From: Endomicrobiia bacterium
Lineage (GTDB): Bacteria > Elusimicrobiota > Endomicrobiia > DTEH01
Direction: 5' to 3'
Length of the DNA: 40,008 bases
NCBI GenBank assembly: GCA_039630545.1
Contig: JBCNUU010000009.1
Coordinates: 1-40,008, forward strand
Under the pieces are notes generated by a model. The model was not told the origin of the DNA and did not search any database. It was given only the letters and a program-made list of their open reading frames with translations. Below, one piece after another: positions 37,331 through 40,008 of the stretch. Within the stretch, counting starts at the first letter, position 1, and each line of letters begins with the position of its first letter. Position numbers and translations under genes: made by a program.

Positions 37331-37672
37331 TTGTGTAGTGTAATGTAATATTTTAAAAATTTAGATTTTTATTACATAGTATTTTACATTATCCTTTCTA
37401 TAGCTTTCGTTAACCTTTATTAGTAAAAAATCTACATTCTTTGTAAAATTTACGAAGTTTGTGTTTTTATCTTCATTAATTTTACTTGTTGATGAAACTT
37501 TGTAGTGTGGATTTTAATATAAACTTTATTGTTTTGTGCAATTTAACAAAGATCATTTTCTAATTTTATATCAATTAATAAAATCTTTGTAAAATAGTTT
37601 TTTATACTATTCTTATTTTTTATTGTTTTACTTTCTTGATTTTAAAATTTTTAAAAAAACCTTAAAAAACTT

Positions 37673-37981
37673 TTAATTTTTAAAAATTATAACTTTTTCT
37701 TGCGGTTTTTTGTATTTTAGTTCCTTTCTTATATAATACTCAATTGTATTAGTATCATGTTTTAAAAGATAAATTTCTGTTTTTAATTTTTCATGTTCTT
37801 TTTTTAGTTTATTAAGTTGGTTTTCTAAAGCAAGGTATCTGTCTTTTAAAATTAAATACTTAATTATGGCATTCGAAATAAAAAAATATATCAAAATGAT
37901 TGCTGTTAATGCTAAAATAATAATATGTAACTTTCTGGGCGTAATTTTGTATCCTAAAGAATTTTTTCTATACTTTTTCAC
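37673..37981 (-). CDS. ftsB: Septum formation initiator FtsB/DivIC family protein
   Basis: TM helix plus coiled coil plus D...IE...R.EL...KP.E; canonical eno-ftsB order; GTG start. Confidence 0.85.
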   Translation of the reverse strand: MKKYRKNSLGYKITPRKLHIIILALTAIILIYFFISNAIIKYLILKDRYLALENQLNKLKKEHEKLKTEIYLLKHDTNTIEYYIRKELKYKKPQEKVIIFKN

Positions 37982-37989
37982 AAAAATAA

Positions 37990-39324
<1,335 letters not shown>

Positions 39325-39548
39325 TTAAAGTTTAAAATTTATCTGAAAATCAATATTTTTATTTTTCGGATTTATATACATAAATTTTTTTGATTTAGCA
39401 ATAATTAAAAAAATTTATATGTATAATTTATATATTTAAAACAAAAAATTGAGAATAGTTGGTTTTGTTAACGATATTTATTATTTGAGAGAATAGAGCT
39501 TATTTTGTAAGATTTATGTATACTACAAACAAAAAAATAAGAAATTAT

Positions 39549-40008
39549 TTAAAATCTAAATACTAATCCTATATAGTGGCTGCCCTGTGTATCTGTAAGT
39601 TGAGAAGGTATTGCATATGTATAATCAATTCTTATCTTGTCTAAATTATATGAAACACCTAAAGAATACCTTACATCACTATAACTACCCCTTATACCTA
39701 CCTTCCCTTTACTTAACCAACCTTCAACTCCAACACTATAACTACTATCACTACCCCTACCATAATAACCTAAACTATATATAAACTTATTATCACCCGA
39801 AATACTTACATAACTTATACCAGCTAAATAACCCATACCTACCTTCTCCTCACTGCCTAAACCTATGTCCGGATTAACTATATCCTTCAACACAACTCCT
39901 AACCTTAAATTATCACTTAAACTATATACACCTCCAACATCACCACTAACAACCCCTTTGCCTCCCTTGCTAAGCAAAGGATCATCCCCATACTCAGCAG
40001 AATCTAAA
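39549..40008 (-). CDS. C-terminal part of an outer-membrane beta-barrel protein, PorP/SprF- or PorV-like; 5' end outside the window
   Basis: Frame is open to the window end (LDSAEYGDDPLLSKGG...). Alternating amphipathic strands, NPDIGL, G.E.W, RIDY.Y..P, G.H..GL.FRF with C-terminal Phe. Family assignment is from pattern recall. Confidence 0.6.
   Translation of the reverse strand, partial: LDSAEYGDDPLLSKGGKGVVSGDVGGVYSLSDNLRLGVVLKDIVNPDIGLGSEEKVGMGYLAGISYVSISGDNKFIYSLGYYGRGSDSSYSVGVEGWLSKGKVGIRGSYSDVRYSLGVSYNLDKIRIDYTYAIPSQLTDTQGSHYIGLVFRF

Noticed and set aside
39549..40008. Diversity-generating retroelement variable region
   Set aside because: DGRs mutate adenines whereas the bias here is loss of C; no template repeat or reverse transcriptase in the window

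Overview
AT-rich, gene-dense core-chromosome segment from a diderm (LPS-producing) bacterium using the standard genetic code. Elusimicrobiota is a tentative guess from gene content and is not verified. All genes but one lie on the minus strand. In transcription order: partial PorP/SprF-like beta-barrel protein, eno, ftsB, gatB, a GHL10 hydrolase, rpmH (missed by the ORF track), rnpA, yidD, yidC, truncated jag, mnmE, rsmA, dnaA, trpD, trpC, trpF, a FecR-domain protein, NifU-C, a hypothetical protein, an RNase H-like protein and waaL. A lone plus-strand ArnT-like gene follows. Next is an LPS cluster (GT4, deacetylase, lpxL-like, lpxK, gmhB, DUF3108, hldD) ending in a short thymidylate synthase. 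Then come aspS, phoH, a 7TM-HD protein, ybeY, two CNNM genes, mgtE, recO, glyQ, glyS, a flippase-like gene, exbD and a partial secreted beta-helix glycanase. No rRNA, tRNA, CRISPR or mobile element was recognised, and I found no convincing new multi-gene system. The strongest oddities are: (1) dnaA is co-directional with rpmH, lacks dnaN and has DnaA boxes packed against its start codon; (2) the terminal outer-membrane gene has a cytosine-free coding tract; (3) aspS has a putative anti-SD plus internal promoter arrangement; (4) several enzymes have altered catalytic motifs.
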